Shown here piece after piece: positions 48,989-63,140 of a DNA stretch of 64,000 nt. A program made the position numbers and the translations under genes. The stretch lies in assembly GCF_009914755.1 (NCBI RefSeq), contig NC_060926.1, one strand, 5' to 3'. The notes under the pieces were generated by a model. The model searched no databases. It worked only from the letters and a program-made list of their open reading frames with translations, and was not told where the DNA came from. Each line of letters begins with the position of its first letter. Position 1 is the stretch's first letter. Origin of the DNA: the human T2T-CHM13v2.0 reference genome, Homo sapiens.

Positions 48989-49966
48989 CTAAGGGGAACA
49001 AGGATATAAGTCAACAAAATCTGGAGTTCAAATAAAACGGTATCTTGCCTGTTATAAACCTGTCTTCCTTAGAAAGCTTTTTGTTTGTTTTTACAAAAAA
49101 TTATAATCTAACTGGGAGGTGAGGTAATAACATTTTCTCATTTACTCAAACTTTTCTCTACAATGAATATAAGATTTGGAAGTTCAAAAAATGTGAATAC
49201 AGCAGAGCATGAATATATAAATATACTGATATTCTAAAACTTGGTATAAACAGAAATTGGCTAAGTAACTAAAATGCCATAATGTGTCTCATAATGTTAC
49301 CTCTTCTATTTTATGGTAATATTTAATTATCTTTTCTTCTATAATCTGTAAAAGGGGGATAATGATACTAACTTACAAGATACATGACTAAATAATACAG
49401 CCTCTCCTACAGGAAGAGCTTAGAGGCTTTTATTCAACTGAAATTTACTGAGAGCCTACTATACATCAGGCACTATGACAGGAGCAGGCGCTGCAATGGT
49501 AAAAAATTCAGTCCTCACTCTCAGCTATTTCAGGCCTAATAAAAAAAAATAAGTACAAGCAAATAAATGCAATTAAATATGACAAGTGCTACAGAGTTAT
49601 GAATAAAGTCTTCCAGGGGCATAGATGAGGAAGAAACTTACTTTGCTGGGAGGAATCAGGAAATGATTGAAATGGTGATATTTGAGCTACAAGTTAGTTG
49701 ATGTGTTATGTCTGACAGGTAAAAAATAGCTGGTACAGAGGTTAGGAATTCAGGAGGAAAAATAGTCCAGCAAAAGATAATAAAGTACAAAGACACAGAA
49801 TGTGTATTCAAGAAAAATGGCAAGTATGTTGTGGCTGGAGTGCAGAGGGAATAGGAAGTAGTGGCAGATAAGGTGGGAAAGGTAAGGGATCAAAATTATG
49901 AAATGCCATTTATTCAGCATTAAGAAATTTGGACTTTAGTCTACAGGCAATGAGAAACAGCAATAT

Positions 49967-50537
<571 letters not shown>

Positions 50538-51864
50538 TCACAAAATTAAGTAAGTTGCAGAGTCAATCTTTGAACCCAGATTTATTCTATCTTCATTGTG
50601 TGTCATGCTACAATGACTCTAAAAATCCAGGTAAGACAAAGAGGCCTTGAACTCTGGCAAAGAATTGAAAGGACACTAATATTTTAGGAGCAACTTGAGA
50701 GATAAAAGCGATGTGATTTTTATATTATTTATAGTGATATGATGGAGAAAGAAGGTTGGTGCTATAAGTTTTATCTTACGAGAGAGGGGAGGATGGTTAT
50801 TCCACTAATAGTATTGGTTATACAGGAGTTAGGACAGGTTTTTAAGGAAAAAAAGATTACTTCAGTATTAGACACACAAAATCTGGGGACTTGTGAGACA
50901 TCCAAACAAAGATGGTTCAGTAGGCATATAGAAATATAGAACTGGAAATGTCAGAAATAGAAATACTGAATTAGAAATTATAAAAACATAGACTGTGGAG
51001 GCGGCCAAGGGATTAAGTGACCAAGGGGTGATTCAAATGAGAAGGTGTAGGACAGAAACTTATGGGAAATGTAATTTAGTTGGTAGACAGGAAGAACAAG
51101 GAGCCAAGAAGGCTGAGAAGGAATTATCTGAGATAAAAATATAGGACAGGTCAACTGTGTCTCAGTGTCATGTCATCTAACATAACTCAAATGTAAGGAA
51201 TTGGTGCTGCTTATAATATGGCTTTGATAAAAAAAAACTCAGCCTAAAACTATGCAAAAATATGAAAAATGATAACCATCAGGGGTTTGACAGAAACCCT
51301 GAATTGCATGTAGCTTTCCACTTAAATAAATAATCATAAATGCAAGTTTAAAATGTTTAAAAATGAAAAAAAAAAACCCAAACAAACCTTAATAAATTGT
51401 TTAAGAAAAAATAAACTTATGAAACTGGTTCCTTTTTTTTTTTTTTACTATATCTGAACAATTTCAGAGATCTCAAATTTTTCTTAAGCTTTTAAATGGC
51501 TAGAGGAATACAGAACCAGTTGGAATTAGATCCATATACAAATTTAATTGCCATTTATTAAAAATGAAAAACAGGGAACCTAAATTTCCAGTCTACAGAT
51601 GTAATTACATTATGTATATCTAGAGTAGTTACTTAAAAACATACTTTTCAAGAAATATTTTAAAAATATTATAATCTACAGTAAAAAAATTATATAGCAA
51701 ACACTTTGTAGAGGACAATGCCAAGTTTTCCAAAGCTATATATGCTGTTTTTGTATATACATGTACTGGAATTAAATTGATTTTTTACTTTTTCAACAAA
51801 AGTAATATGCTTATAATAATCAAGTCATATAGCATTAATAATCAGGAAAGCACAATAAATGTTA

Positions 51865-52134
<270 letters not shown>

Positions 52135-52484
52135 TCAAGTATATTGGTAGACTGAAAGAATGCTCTTCTTAAAATTATGTATATTTTTATCTAAAAGATC
52201 TTCAAAATCTGCTTTCCCATGTGAATATAAATAGTTTCCTATTGTTTCCAAAACACTAATCAAAGCAACTGATTGACAGATCACAGGCAAGTCCGTTATT
52301 AGGGGAAAGACTGAATAAAATACTCTAATCCATACTAAGAAATGCTTGAATGTCATTAAAAAGAAGACAATAAACCTTTACATACTGACACTGAATGAAA
52401 TCCAGGATACAATGCGTTAAAAGAAAAAGCTAAGTCAAAGAACAGCATGTATAATAACATTTATTTACATCCCCATATTCACGT

Positions 52485-52708
52485 ATTGTTTTGTTTTTGA
52501 GACGGGTCTCTTGCAGTACAGTGGTGTGATCGCAGCTCACTGAAGCCTTGACCTCTGAGGTCCACCTCAGCCTCCCAAGTAGCTGGGATCACTGGTGCAC
52601 ACCACTATGCCCAGCTAATTTTGTTTATTTTTGGTAGACACAAGGTCTCCTCCTCCCTCAGCCTCCCAAAGTGCTGGGATTACAGTCATGAGCCACTGTG
52701 CCAGGCCC
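52485..52708 (-). mobile_element. Internally deleted AluJ in intron 3
   Basis: cctcagcctcccaagtagctggg and cctcccaaagtgctgggattacag motifs. Confidence 0.85.
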
Positions 52709-53234
52709 ATGTTTTTAAGTAAAGAGAAGATCTAAAATGAAACTTAGTAATGGTCGTCTGGGGAGGGGCATTCTGCTGCTGTTATCTGGTGGCACAAAAT
52801 ACGAACGGGAAAAAAAATCATGCATCACATGACCTAATGCTCTGTTTACCAGCCACATGAGTTAATATGGATTGCAAATATAGAACAGACCACATTACTT
52901 TATTCACTTAAAACTTTAAAAAAAATCCTAACTTATAAAAAATTCAGAAAGATTCAGAAAAGAATAAAGTAGAAAATTAAACTAATAATTACTCAGAGTA
53001 GAGATCTGGGCTTAGAGAAACAGAGGGACAACTGCTATGCATATTACTTAGCAATAAAAATAGATATTTAAAAATATCCTGTCAGAGAACTAAGTAACTG
53101 AGAATGGCCATGTCAGCATGGCTGTCTCATTCCTGGATCATGAGCCACCATATCCCTCTTCCACACTTAGGACATACATCACCCATCAATCATGGAACCA
53201 TTTCCTGCTGAACCCAGACAACGTCTCAAGATTC

Positions 53235-53410
53235 TCAACATAAACACTCTAGTCCAGTGCCCCTCAAACTCTAAAGATGTACTTAAGATACATCTGGGAT
53301 CTAGTTTAAATGCAGATTCTGATTTAATAGGTCTGGAGTGGGGCTCAAGATTTTGTATTTCTAACAAGCTCCTAAATGATACTGATGCAGATCATGTTGA
53401 ATAACAAGGC
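53235..53410. mobile_element. MER5-type hAT element
   Basis: aaatgcagattctgatttaataggtctggagtggggc...tttctaacaagctcc. Confidence 0.7.
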
Positions 53411-54567
53411 TCTATCTAGACAGCCACTAATGACTACTCAAGTCACTTCCCAAGAGAAAACCTGTTAGCTATTTTTGAACAAGATGGTTTTTAAAAGTCT
53501 AACAATCCCTAGATTCTCTTTACAGAAAACAAGCATCCCATATTAATAGTAGATTTGGGCAGTGGATTTGACCATATGTTTACTGGTCATTTTAGGTTTT
53601 GTTTTCTGTGAAAGGCCTATTCATGTCCTTTTGTTTTCTGATTTTCTGTTGGGTTATCTTTTCCTATTGATCTATTATAAATTCTTTATATATTCCAGAT
53701 ACTAACATCTTATATAATTTGAATGGCAAAATCTTTCATTTATTATAAATATATGGTTAGTCTTTAGGTGATGTAAATTGGGGAGTAGTCAGAGAGTTAG
53801 AAAACTTGGGCAGGATGGAAGGCTCTGAATGCTCAAGTGAACTTAAATTACGTTGTAAGTAATGTGTGCCATGAAAAAAGGATTCCATGTCCAATATCTT
53901 TAGGACACATTAGGTTAAGTTTCTAAGAGTCTTTAATATTTTAGTGTGCCTTATAAGCCTCCAAGGCAGGAATATGGCATGTAGCATTTCTCAAACTTAC
54001 CTACCACAGAGACTATCCCCCTACCCCCACTTTTTCTTTTTAACCTTGAACAAAGCTTCATGGCTTGAAGGTAGTCTGGGAACTACTGCTGAAAGCAATG
54101 AAAGATAACAGGTTTTTCAAGAAAGGGACATGGTTAAAATAATTTAGAATGATTAGCATGGTAGTGGTGTACCAAACAGGTTAGAAGAAACAGACTTTGT
54201 AGAAAGCAGGTAAGTTCAATAAACACTAACACATAAAAAGTACAAGGTACATTTATGAAATCTAGCAAAGAATGGGAAGAAATAATAATATGGTTTAACA
54301 GGACCAAAAGGAGATTTGTTTCAGGGAAGACTCTATGTTTGAAGACAGAAAGAAAAGTTTAAGAAGTAAGCTTTAGAAACCAGTACTTACTCTTTTTTCA
54401 ATACTGTAGCTTTCTGACATAAATATATTTAGGCAGAGCTGTGATTCATTTTCAACTGAACAAACACAACTTTAGAAAAATCCATTAAGCCTTAAGAAGA
54501 AATATTAGAGGAAAATACAACTAAAAATGTTTTGAAACAATTATAAGTAAAGCAGTAACAACTTTCA

Positions 54568-54717
<150 letters not shown>

Positions 54718-55301
54718 CTAGAAATGACACAAAATTAAAACTATTTGTTCTGAATATAAATGTTATACTTACATAGACAATCTCTGGCAAATCTTCACAC
54801 TGCAAGGTTCTTTTAAAACCAACATTTATTCTACTTTTACTGAACACCTACTATATGAAAGCATTATATATATTTGTAATTTTAAAAATAAAAATAAAAA
54901 TTAAAAAAACAAGTAATAAGTTAGTTTGGGTAAAAGCCTATGTACTTTTCAATAAAGGCTAGAATTCAAGAGTGCCACACATGAGAGAATAGACATCTAA
55001 AAGTTGTCTTATTTAGACACAACACTAAAAAGGTAGCACAACTAACAAGATTCTTCTATCCTCAATAAAGAACTCTCAAGACATCTCTTTGGACCAAAAT
55101 CTGTTACTTTCGAACTTTTCTCTCTTCTTTTACTGCTATAAATTGCGCTAATTCTCTCCCATACTGTCCTTTCATTGTGGTTTCATGGCAATGTCTGCTT
55201 TTCTCCATTTCAGCACGTATCTTTGTGGTATATTTTTTTCTGCTTATATGTTCACTTACTAGACAGTGAGGTCATGTATTACAATGGATGAATGTGTAAA
55301 T

Positions 55302-55353
55302 ATCTTTCATTCATAAATTTTTTAACAATCTTTCATTCATAAATTTTTTAACA
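55302..55353. repeat. Perfect 26-bp tandem duplication
   Basis: atctttcattcataaattttttaaca x2. Confidence 0.95.
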
Positions 55354-55380
55354 AAGTACTTGGGTCAGAACAATTTAATG

Positions 55381-55606
55381 CAGGGATTGGCGAACGATTT
55401 CCCAATACAGCCCACTGTTTTGGTAAATAAAGTTTTACTGTAACATAGACATACTAATTTATGTACTGCCTATGGTCACTTTCCCACGACAATGGCAGAG
55501 TTAAGTAGTTACAAGAGATATTCTGTGGCCCACAAAGCCTAAAATATGCACTATCCGGATATTTGTATTAAAAACACACATACACACAGACATTGGCAAC
55601 TCTCAG
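55381..55606. mobile_element. MER58-type hAT element
   Basis: cagggattggcgaac start; gtaaataaagttttactg; ggcccacaaagcctaaaatat. Confidence 0.7.
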
Positions 55607-57212
55607 TTTAGTGAAAAAGATGTAAAAACAAATATCAAATCATCTGTGAAATGCTATGAAAAGATCTGAATAATTGTTAAGAAATCCTTGGGAGAAAAGG
55701 TAATAAATTTCATGGAGGATATACTAAATTTTGAATACAGTAAAAATTTGCTTGGGAAAAGGTGCATTTCAATGAGTGACTTTCAGGAACAAAGGAATAA
55801 AGACATATTTCAAAGAGTGACAAATTCAGTGAGGGTAGGTATAAGAATGCAATTAAAAAAAGGTTTGAAATTGAACTTATGGGCAACTATAAAAGACTGT
55901 ATATTTGACACAGATGGTAAAGGGCTTGTTACATCAAGATAGTAAGTCGGAATTTTAATTTGTAGGCAGGAAAGAGTCAGAGCAAACTGACAAAAACAAA
56001 GGCTGTTTTAAGAAATGTACCACTAAGGGCAGTATAAAAAATGGACTGGAGGAGGAGTAGAGAGGTGGTGTGAAAATCAGTTACCAGGATGTTGGAAAAA
56101 TCCAGCCATCTGACACCTGAGAATTATTCTATTTCCTTTTCACAAAGTACAGTATTCTAATATCCAACCTATTTTTTCCTTCCTCCTTTGTCACTATGAG
56201 TGCATCTTAACTGGTCTTTTTGCCTTTCTGACATAATTTCCTACAAATTTACCCTCCCTTCCCTTACTCTACTTTTCAATTACATAAAAATATCTCCCCA
56301 ACATTTCCCATTTCTCTTCATTCTTTATACTGCCATAAGAATTCTTCTGCTAAAAGATACTGTTTCCTTATCGTTCTAGAAAATTCTAGCAAATTCTTAC
56401 TTTTTCTTTAAGACCTGGATAAATATAACCTCCTTTGTGATACGTGTCTCCAAAGCATTCTGTCAACCTGAAAATTTAGGCTGCCTCTCTTGGGGTCTGT
56501 ACCCAACTTGCCCAAAGAAACAAAAATGGTAATTATTTGGCTTTTTACTTACTAAACAAACTCAGACTTTTGGGTGTTTATATAATACAAATTTACCTTT
56601 ACAACTAAGGATATTTAAGAGAATGCCTCAGGATCTAAAGGAATCTAAAATTTCAAATTCCAAAAATATTTTCAGCAAGGGCTCAAAATAAGCAGCAGCA
56701 AAATAAAAGATTATCTGAAGGGGCCAATATTTGAGAGCATGTAATAGTAATAATCAATGTTGGACACTATGGGTCCAAGTTCTATAGTAAGTGCTGTACA
56801 TATACATTGTTTTATTTAATTTTCATAACAATTCTATATACTGTTATTAGAACTAGTTTCAGCATGGTTAAACTACAATCTGCGATCATTCACATCGTTT
56901 CACAAGCAAAAAACAGAAGGAGGAGGAAGATCATCCAAATTATTTCAAAAATCGCCTATTATTTATTATTTTAGCCTGTCTATCAAGGCCATTAGATTAT
57001 ATTTTGACATTCTTTTCTTGGTGATAGAACTTTTAACAAAAGTTATATAATAAAATATGAGTTTTGTTCCTAGCCTAAGAAAATCCAATTACCAAATTTC
57101 ATTTTAATAGCAAAATAAACCAGTATCTAAATTGCCCACTGAAAGCGACAGTTGATGATAGTACTAATCTGTTTCAAACCTTACCCGTTAACCTGTGAGA
57201 TTCTCAAATCTT

Positions 57213-57528
57213 GGCTGGGTGCAGTGGCTCATGCCTGTAATCCCAGCACTTAGGGAGGCGAAGGTGGGTGGATTACCTGAGGTCTAGCCTGGCCAACATG
57301 GTGAAACCCCGTTTCTACTAAAAATACAAAAAAAGCCAATTAGCCGGGCATCGTGGCAAGTGCCTATAATCCCAGCTACTTAGGAGGCTGAGGCAGGAGA
57401 ATTACTTGAACCCAGGAGCCAGGATTTCAGTGAGCAGAGATCCCGCCATTGCACTCCGGCCTGGGAAACAAGAGTGAAACTCCGTCTCAAAAAAAAAAAA
57501 AAGAAAAAAGAAAAAAAAGAAGAAAAAC
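57213..57528 (+). mobile_element. AluS in intron 2
   Basis: Alu dimer with a small left-arm deletion and A-rich tail. Confidence 0.92.
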
Positions 57529-59534
57529 AAATCTGTAATTGTAATTGTGGAAGTGGAATATTTTCTGACAACTTGACAGATTTTATGACTGGTTCAGCTG
57601 GTGAACATAATTAAAAATAATAGCCAAAAAGCAAGTCAAAATTACAGCAGAGAGTTCATTCTAGTTTGAGGAAAAGCATTTATTTTATATATGATTAAAT
57701 TCAAACTTCTAGACTTGGGAAGATGACATGCTATTATGTTTTAACTGTAAAATCCTTATTAGTATATAAAGAGAAAGTGCCTTTTGTGCACTGCCTTAGG
57801 ACTAAGTTCTGCTTTTGATCATGTGAGGAAAAAATATGGTCTGTACAAAAACTAAAAACTGGTAGTTTATGTAGTGCATCCACATCTATCCAGACATTTT
57901 TGTGCATCCCACAGTGTTGCAAGATATTTGAATTAAATACAAACATTGAGAAATCGCAATATTTACACAAAAGGTCCAGAAATTTGGCTCTTCTTGAAAA
58001 CTCAGAAGATCTGGCAGTATTGGATTCACATAACCAAATGGCATTAGTTAGCAACAAATCACTGTAGCTAAGGAAAGGTTGCTCCCCTTTGTTCAGAAAG
58101 GCTTTGTCACAGTCCCCATGAAGGCTTCTTAATGTACCTGTCTAGACTCTGAAACATGAACATTCTTGCCCCTTGTTATGAAACACTATCTGCATATTTC
58201 ATTAGTAACATCCATCCACAATTTACAATCCATATAAATTAACACAAAAATTGTTATCGTACATTTGGATACTGAAACTTAAATTTATTTTAATATGAAC
58301 TTCTTTCTAACAAAAGACTTATAAAAGGATCTTCCCTACTGAACTATTATAATTTATTCATTTAAACCAAAATAAAACCAGGTCAAATAATAGCATTCTA
58401 TTCTACTTCAATTAATTTCTCTCCTTTGAAAGTACCACATACTTCTTTTACAGCATTCTCTTTCTGTGCAGGTTATGGGCAGGCAAAAATTCACCATAGA
58501 ACTTGGCCAAGACTAGTAATCTATTCTTATGACTTGTCTCTATAGTCACACTTTAGACTTAATATACCATGTTCAATTACAGAAATAGCATCCTGGCTAA
58601 ATGCTGCCATATAAATCTTCCTAGCACACAGCTCTAAGTGAATAATCACAATTTAAAGAATGAAGTCTAAATTACTGAGTTCGGCATTCAAGGCTCTCAT
58701 TTACTTGGTACCAACCTCACAATTCAACCTTATCTCCCACTTATCTCTTTCATGCAGCTTACATTCAGGTTGGCAGGCAGCAGTCACTTTTCAGTTTTTC
58801 AAAGGGGTAGGCGGGTTGGGGAGTTCTTTGAATATACCTTCCTGTCCTTCCCGCTCATATTTTAGACTATACAAATCCCACCTATCTTTCAAACCTCAAG
58901 TTAAATGTTTCCCTCATGAAGTGATCCCAAACTCCTCTCCACAAAGACTTGAATCTGCATTGCACCTTCGTGTAGGTTCTAAAAAAAATTATTACTTTAT
59001 ACTTTAATTGTAGCTGTTTTTATATATGTCTTATGACCGCTACATATGAATTCTATAGATAGGATGTGTCTAATCACTGCAAAGTTACAGTCAATAAATA
59101 TCTCTGGTGTGTGAGAGTATCTCCTATTCTTATTTTGTAGGATTTAGAAGGTCACTTCCAATATGGAAACTGTTTTAAAAAAAAGAAAAAAAGATTAAAA
59201 AAACCCTTCAGTTTAGCTAACCCAAAAGCTAAAAAAGGGCCTAAACATAGATTCTAATATTTACTGAAACGCTGTATTTAAAAAATACCGAAAGGGTGCT
59301 TGAATTTCCACATCTGTACAAATGAAATTGTATAAATAAGTGTATTTGCAGTGCAAAGAATGCTACCATCTTCAAAGCATAACATAATTTCACACCACTT
59401 GCTTCCCTTGACATTTTTGATACATTATATCTAACACTATACCACCCAATGCCATCATAATTAAACCCGTTCTTTCATTCCTAACATTCCCAAACGAGTT
59501 TACTATGCTGATTCTTAAGAGATAATTTACTCAC

Positions 59535-59543
59535 ATTGGCCAT
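59535..59543 (-). CDS. MMADHC: MMADHC exon 2 coding part (M-A-N); full exon is 59535-59595
   Basis: Acceptor ttctttcccag|AAATAAC at 59596/59595; 52 nt of UTR; GAGATGG Kozak context; donor AAT|gtgagt. Confidence 0.93.
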
Positions 59544-59599
59544 CTCCGCTGGAGAAGATAGTTCGCAAAATAGCTTTCCTTTGGTAAAGTTATTTCTGG

Positions 59600-60400
59600 G
59601 AAAGAACACAACAAAACAGACGAGTGATCGATTAAACTCTAACAACAGACAACTGAGGTAACGTCCACTCTTCGAAGGTGTGTCGTCCACCACGTCAGGA
59701 CCAAAGTCCAAGCTCTCCCCGTACCCTAAGGAGGCCAGAACTCGCCCCCATGCCAGGCACAGATCCCCCAGCCCGGAGCCGGCAGTGCAGCTCAGAGCCC
59801 TTCCGGTTTACAGCCGCGGAAAAACAACTCGGACCAGATCCGGGAGGGGAATGGGGGCTGGGTGGCCAAAATTCAGTCCAGAGGATCGAAGCGGCTGCTT
59901 TAACAGAAGTTGGGGCTGCGTAACAACAGCTCCAAGCAAAGCTTCAGGCTGATCGGAAAGATGAGGAAGCAGAAAAGAGACTAAAGACAGACGGACAGGA
60001 TGGCTGGGGACAACGACAGGGACCCAGTGAAAATACGGGCAATACCGAGGGCTGTAACCCTAACACGGGCAAATTTGGAGGGGCTAACATGGGCGGAAAC
60101 CATCCGTACCAGTCACCACCACTGTCTCCAGCTGTCCCAGAACCGGACTCTTCCTGCCATCAAAATGGCGGCGGCGACGGCAGCGGTGGTAGCACCTACG
60201 CTGGCGGTGAGCAGGCAAAGGAAGTTGCTTCCGAGCGCGTCGAAACGATGATGCGCACGCGCAAAGTAGGCCTACGTGGAGCCGACCTGCCATTGGGTAA
60301 ACGCAAGGGAGGAGAAAAGGTGGGGCAGGGGTGATTTGGGTGGATGGATAGGAGGGCTTCCGACCTGCGTTAGGCGGGTCAGTTAATCTTCAGTAACTCC
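59600..60400. promoter_or_regulatory. CpG-rich, TATA-less housekeeping promoter of MMADHC (likely bidirectional)
   Basis: High CpG density against an AT-rich background. NRF1 consensus TGCGCACGCGCA at 60252-60263; YY1 CAAAATGGCGGC at 60161-60172; ETS core GGAAGT at 60220-60225; CCAAT (minus strand) at 60292-60296. Confidence 0.85.
60110..60230 (-). other. MMADHC: MMADHC exon 1 (non-coding 5' UTR); TSS position approximate
   Basis: Lies in the CpG-rich promoter; ends in donor GACTG|gtacgg at 60110/60109; matches my recollection of the MMADHC mRNA leader. The 5' boundary cannot be fixed from sequence alone. Confidence 0.75.
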
Positions 60401-60649
60401 TTGATGCGTTTGATAGTCCTCCCAACTTAAGCCTTCCTTACTGCCTCCAGGAGATACAGTCTTCTGTTCTTTTTGTCATAGTTGTTTATTTTTCATGAAT
60501 CGCTGTTTTTGAGCATAGGGCACTTACCTCTTTCTGTGTCCCCAGCCCTACCACAGTGCCAGGCTCTCAATATGCTCGATAAATATTAGGCGATTGATTT
60601 GTAAATCGTGTATCATTTTCATGTATCTAATACTTTTTTAAAAATTGAT

Positions 60650-63140
60650 TAAAGCCCATAAGCCCATATTTTATTCCAGATGTCCTTAGTTTTCGACCTG
60701 GTATTCTTTTCCATTCCAGGATCCTGTCCGGAGTACATCACCATGTCTTCCAGGCTCCTCTGGACCGTGACCGTTTCTCAAACTTTCCTTGTTTTTGATA
60801 ACCTTAATAGTTTTGAAGCGACTTATTGGTCATTTGGTCAAATGTCCTTCAATTGGGTTTTGCCTGTATTTTTCTCATGCATTAACTGAGGTTATGGGTT
60901 TTTCTTGAGTTAAGAGGTAAGGTAAAGTGATCTTCTCATCACATCACATCAAGGGTATATACTATCAACATGACTTATTACTGTTGATGCTAACCTTTAT
61001 CACCATTATTACAGTGTCATACAGAAAAGTTTTATAGTTCTACAAAGATCCCCTTTGTTTCATCTAGTAAGCCCTTCCACCTCCCTATGTAGGGTTTGTC
61101 AGGTTTCTCCACTGTGAAGTTACTGTTTTTCTTTTCCTCTCCATACTATACTATTTGGAAGGACATCTCTCTGTGCAGCCCAAACTATAGGAATGGGAAA
61201 TTGTTATACTCCACCTTTATGAGGACAGAATATCTTCATGAATTATTTGGAATTCTTCTGCATGGGAGATTTGTCTGTACTGCATTTATTTATGTATTCA
61301 ATCATTTATGTCAGTATGGACTCATGGATATTTATTTTACATTTTGGGTTATAATCCAATACTACTTTATTTTGTTGTTCATATTGGTTCCAGCTTTGGC
61401 TATTGAGATTTCCTTTAGTTGGCATTTGTGTCTTTTTGACAAACCCTCCTCGTTTTATGTTTATTGATTTTTTTTCTTGAGCATTTTCTTAATTTCTATA
61501 AGTTGCTCCAGGCTCATCTTGTATATTCCCTGCCCCAATCCTAGAATCAGCTGCTTCCCCAAAAAGCCAAGGGTACTTTTAATGGAAAATGATATTAGAA
61601 ATCAAGATTTGGACATTTGGGATGTTGTTGCTTCTAGACACTCTCAGCTGACAGAGCAAGGAAATATTTGTGGATATGCTAACCTGACTAAATACGCATA
61701 TCTGTAAGTATTTATATATGTATCCATCTGTATCTTTGACAGCTACACAGGCGTTCTAGGTTCAAATACTAGAGCTGTTATCTTCAGTTCAATTCCAGCA
61801 CCATATGGATCATTGCAGCCTTCTCCCCTTGCTTGTCTGTAGCCTTCCACTCCAGTGTGAGACACCTGGCTCTCATCATCTGCCATCCATTTACCTAATT
61901 GTTCAATTCCAGGTTACGTGTATAATGGATTCAGAACCGTCAACCCGTATTCAGAGTACATGTATAGTTGTTTCTGAACTGTTATCAGGTATACCTGTGA
62001 GAAACAGATTTACCAATTAGAGTACAATGCTTATGTATAGTTCTTTTGCTTTTAATCTTATAGATTCCACTTATTTTCAAAGTTACTGAAGTCAGCAGCC
62101 CTCCCTCCTACCTCTACCCGGCCTCAGTGAAGTTATTTTATATGCTCGTAATACAGTTGTAATCTTTTGCCACAATCTGCATTACTCCTGGGATTCTTTG
62201 AGTTCCTAAGATTTTTTAAAAAATCTTCCTCCGTTTAGGTTCTGTTTGTGCAATCCTCATAATGCACATTTATTTTTTTCTTTTCCTGTACATAATAGCA
62301 GACAGCTGGTCAGTAGTGGGATAGAAGTAAAAATTTTTTTAACTTCAAATTTTCTTTCTATGGGGTTTGACAAATCCATACATAGTGTCATGGATCCACC
62401 ATTATTAGAGTGTCATACAGAAAAGTTGTAGTTCTAAAAAGATCCCCTTTGTTTCATCTAGTATTAAACCCTCCCACCTTCCTATACCTCTAGCAACCAC
62501 TGATGTGTTTACCATCTCTATAATTTTGACTTTTCCAGAATGACATAGAAATGGAATAATACAGCATGTAGCATTTTCAGACTCATTTTCTTCACATAGT
62601 AATAGCTGCATTTAAGATTCATCCATGTTTTTGTGTGGCATAACAGTTCATTCCTGTCTTTTTATGGATTCTTTTTTAAGACAGGGTCTGATAGCTCTGT
62701 TGCCCAGGCTGCAGTCCAGTGGCACGATCATAGCTCACTGTAACCTCAAATTCCTGGGCTCAAGCAATCCTCCTGCCTCAGCTTCCCACGTAGCTGGGAC
62801 TACAGGTGCACACCATCATGCTTCACTAATTGTAAAAACTTTTTTGTAGAGAAGGGGGCCTCAAACTTCTGGCCTCAAGGGATCCTCCCACGTCAGCTCA
62901 CAAAGCATTAGTATTACAGGTATGAGCCTCCAGGCCTGGTCTTTATTTCTGTCTTTTTGATCCCTGAATAGTATTCTAATGTATAGATGTACCACCATTT
63001 ATACTTATTAAAGAACATTGTGATTCTTCCAGTTTTTGACAATTGTGAATAAAGCTGGTATTAAGTATTTAAGTGCAGGTTTTTCTGTGAACATGTTTCA
63101 AGTCAGTTGAGTAAATATCTAGAAGCACAATTGCTGGCAA
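60650..63140 (-). mobile_element. L1MC-type 3' end upstream of the promoter, with internal insertions
   Basis: L1MC-like sequence (cagtttctcaaactttccttg-like; ttttccagaatgacatagaaatggaataatacag). Confidence 0.7.
62670..62941 (-). mobile_element. AluJ
   Basis: Diverged Alu dimer inside the L1MC. Confidence 0.88.

Noticed and set aside
60214-60226. 5'TOP/TCT initiator at the MMADHC TSS (CTTCCTTTG)
   Set aside because: The pyrimidine run is short, overlaps an ETS core, and the exact TSS is unknown.
59678-60334. GC-rich ORFs across the promoter
   Set aside because: Stop-poor frames are expected in CpG-rich DNA, and none resembles a known protein.
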